DNA of 38,613 nucleotides from a virus (Duplodnaviria; Caudoviricetes), in the IMG/VR virus record IMGVR_UViG_3300020042_005023, positions 1 to 38,613 of that record. One strand, 5' to 3'. Position 1 is the stretch's first letter; each line of letters opens with the position of its first letter. The notes under the pieces are model-generated. The model was not told the origin of the DNA. It saw only the letters and a program-made list of their open reading frames with translations, and ran no database searches. The position numbers and the translations under genes are program-made. This document shows, piece by piece, positions 36,274-38,613 of the stretch.

Positions 36274-37691
36274 TAGATTATCGGCATCAAAGCAGGGTTG
36301 ATGGTCATCGCGGGCTGCGCTTGGGTTGGCGTAGCATTTGCTGGAAGAAGGCCAGTATACTCTGGCCGGAAGAACATAGCCTCTGGACCGAAACCATATC
36401 GTTCATAATCCGCGATGTTTGGATTGGCGCGCATATCTTGGCCTGTGCCAAAACCTACGCCCGCGCCTGTGCCAAACGGAGAGACGTATGGCGTCTGCGG
36501 GCCTGTGCTGCCGTCACCAGCCAAAAGGCTTTGCAGAAGATCAGCCCCTACACTACCAAGGGATAGCAGTTGAGGTACGTTCAGGCCCGTGCCGAGAACG
36601 CCGCCCTTATCGGGAAGCGTTGGCGGTGTTGATGGCGGGGCGACTAATGGGCCTAGAGTAGGGAGTATAGGTTCTTCAGGAGGGGGAGACACCACTGTTT
36701 GCGGCTGCATTAACGCCGCGTCTGCGGGTGGCGGGTTTAGCGGACTTAAACTTTCAAGTATAGAGCTAGTAGGAACGCTGGGTGCGGCTGCGAAAGCTAT
36801 AGGGTCGAAGCCGCTCGGAGGGTTTATGGGCCGGTATTTGCTAACAACGATGTCACCGTTGGCTTGATCAACGCCGTTGACGACGTTTGAACTTGCGCCT
36901 GTCCCAGTGCCACTCAAAACTGACGCCGCTGGATAAGCCGAGGCAAGCCCTGCGGCAAGTGCAGCGGTTTGCGCGGCGGTCAAGCCCGTAGCCCCCGTAA
37001 CAACGATTGGGGCTAGAGCGGAAGTTGCCGTAGCGGCGGGTATTGCTGCAACTGCGGGCAGCGCCGCAGCACCACCAGCCACAGCGCCGCCGGTAGCACC
37101 CGCGCCTATACCGGCGGTAGTTGTAGCGCCGCCAAGTTGACCGAGGAGCGCACCACCGCCGAAATACGCAGCAGCCGCAAGGGCTATCGGAGTGAGCGCC
37201 GGTAAAATTTTATCTTTGAATAAATCGTTCGGCATGTTGCCCGCAACAACAACCCCGCGCGGATCGCCGGGAGTGGAAAGGTCTAAGTACGCACCCGGCA
37301 TCTTCTCGTGCATATTCGTGACGCCGGATTGCGGGTTCGCGTCATACAGACGCCAATCAGCATTTTGGCCTTGCGTAGCACTTAGATTATTGGCGATATC
37401 CTGTATCTGCTGGATTGCTTCAGGCGTGTTACCTTGGGCAAGGATTGTGCCAGTCTTGTTGTCAACCAGTGTGTAGTTGTGACCCGCATACAGCCCCGTC
37501 GTCGTAGGAGCGCCCCCGGCTACTCCCTGGCCGTTTCCAAATTCAAGAAAGTTGTTTATCGAATATGGCGTTGGCGCTAGGTTCTGCGAAGCAATAATCT
37601 GCTCCCGCTGCGACGGGTCGCGTCCGGGTGGTACTATTGCCGCAAGCTGCGCAAGCGACATCGGATTATTACCATTATAATCTATAGCCAT
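36273..37691 (-). CDS. Variable virion/ejection-like protein, allele B, with TonB-box-like motifs
   Basis: 472 aa; C-terminal ~105 aa close to allele A; hydrophobic PIALAAAAYFGGGALLG; PIVVTG, DIVVSK. Confidence 0.75.
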   Translation of the reverse strand: MAIDYNGNNPMSLAQLAAIVPPGRDPSQREQIIASQNLAPTPYSINNFLEFGNGQGVAGGAPTTTGLYAGHNYTLVDNKTGTILAQGNTPEAIQQIQDIANNLSATQGQNADWRLYDANPQSGVTNMHEKMPGAYLDLSTPGDPRGVVVAGNMPNDLFKDKILPALTPIALAAAAYFGGGALLGQLGGATTTAGIGAGATGGAVAGGAAALPAVAAIPAATATSALAPIVVTGATGLTAAQTAALAAGLASAYPAASVLSGTGTGASSNVVNGVDQANGDIVVSKYRPINPPSGFDPIAFAAAPSVPTSSILESLSPLNPPPADAALMQPQTVVSPPPEEPILPTLGPLVAPPSTPPTLPDKGGVLGTGLNVPQLLSLGSVGADLLQSLLAGDGSTGPQTPYVSPFGTGAGVGFGTGQDMRANPNIADYERYGFGPEAMFFRPEYTGLLPANATPTQAQPAMTINPALMPII

Positions 37692-38613
37692 TACATCATA
37701 CCTTCTGGCGGCATTTCGGGTTGCATCGGCATTTCAGTTGGCATCTGTGCTTGCTGAACTGCCTGTGCCATCTGCGCGTTCTGCACGGCTTGAGCGGCTT
37801 GCGTCGCTGCACGATCCATTTCGTTTTGCTGACGAACTAACTCACGGTCGCGCAGCATCATGGCTTCAATGCCAGCCGTGTTGACCGGCGCTCCGTACTT
37901 GGCTTCAAGTTCCGCTGCCTTAATCATTAGGTCGGCGTCAAGTTTGTCGCGCTCACGGTCGTCCTTGCGCAGCATCTCTTCGCGCTGCAACTCAAGTTCC
38001 GCTGCCTTCTTCTGGATGTCCGCACGAATTGCTTCCATCTGAACCTGGGACAGCATCTCTTCTGGTGTCGGCTGCGGTGGTGCAGGCGGTGGCGGGGGCG
38101 GCATCATGGCTGGGTCTTTGAAGAATACAGTTGGGTCTTTGTATCCAGCCAGCGCCATCATCTGGGCCAGCGTATTGTAGTAGCCCTGCATGTCAACCAA
38201 CGGCGCGCCCGTCTGCATCAACATCTCTTGCTTGGCTGCGACTTGACCCAAGAACGCCATCTTCTCTTCGTTGCTGCCAGTGCCGATAGCGACGTTGACA
38301 ACAACATCCATGTTCGCGTCCCATACCCGTGGGTCAATCGGAACGAACGTGTTGCGCAGACGCACCATGCGCGGCGCGTCTTGGTTCTTGGTGATAAGCT
38401 GCATCGACTTGCGGAACAGACCCTTCATGCCTGTCTCGGCAAAGATGCGGCAGATAAGTTCGATGTGTTGCGCCGCTGCGGTAATCGTAGCTGCAACAGC
38501 AGCGCGGGTCGAAGACTGAAGCGCGTTTGCATCGAGGCCAGATGCGGCCTTGGAAATACCTGTGCGGTTCTCGCGCAGTTCATCCATGTATTGCAACATC
38601 GGGAAGGCTTGCT
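37691..38613 (-). CDS. Portal protein C-terminal part, copy 2 (runs off the window)
   Basis: Protein identical to the 1708..4080 C-terminus except the last ~12 residues; DNA changes mostly synonymous. Confidence 0.92.
   Translation of the reverse strand, partial: QAFPMLQYMDELRENRTGISKAASGLDANALQSSTRAAVAATITAAAQHIELICRIFAETGMKGLFRKSMQLITKNQDAPRMVRLRNTFVPIDPRVWDANMDVVVNVAIGTGSNEEKMAFLGQVAAKQEMLMQTGAPLVDMQGYYNTLAQMMALAGYKDPTVFFKDPAMMPPPPPPAPPQPTPEEMLSQVQMEAIRADIQKKAAELELQREEMLRKDDRERDKLDADLMIKAAELEAKYGAPVNTAGIEAMMLRDRELVRQQNEMDRAATQAAQAVQNAQMAQAVQQAQMPTEMPMQPEMPPEGMM

Larger units (their letters stand above)
36014..38613. repeat. Terminal overlap copy 2 (imperfect direct repeat)
   Basis: Repeats the 76-aa gene, the variable gene and the portal 3' part, with scattered substitutions and a replaced centre. 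Confidence 0.95.

Noticed and set aside
36014-38613. True physical direct terminal repeats
   Set aside because: Copies are not identical and the ends cut through the portal and scaffold genes.

Overview
The window holds essentially one complete tailed-phage genome: a ~36.0 kb unit plus a ~2.6 kb imperfect terminal overlap (1..2630 vs 36014..38613). It is a podovirus-type phage with a P22/SU10-like virion module on the minus strand: TerL, portal, scaffold, major capsid, adaptor, repeat-rich tail fibre with S74 chaperone, GH19 endolysin with spanins, gp10-like stabiliser and three ejection proteins. The replication set comprises a family A DNA polymerase, DUF2800 nuclease, DUF2815 SSB, SNF2 helicase, RuvC-like resolvase, prim-pol/D5 primase-helicase and a C5 methyltransferase. 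An alphaproteobacterial, possibly sphingomonad, host is inferred, not proven. The most unusual signals are five. (1) A gene after the portal occurs as two strongly diverged alleles, both carrying repeated TonB-box-like motifs (DIVVTG/PIVVTG) after a glycine-rich hydrophobic segment. (2) A serine recombinase overlaps terL while terS sits on the opposite strand among repeated AACA(C/G)TGT motifs. (3) There is an iteron-type origin. (4) The tail fibre has a cassette-like structure. (5) An ejection protein may be fused to an M15 peptidase by a +1 frameshift. All family calls come from motif recognition by eye; no searches were run.
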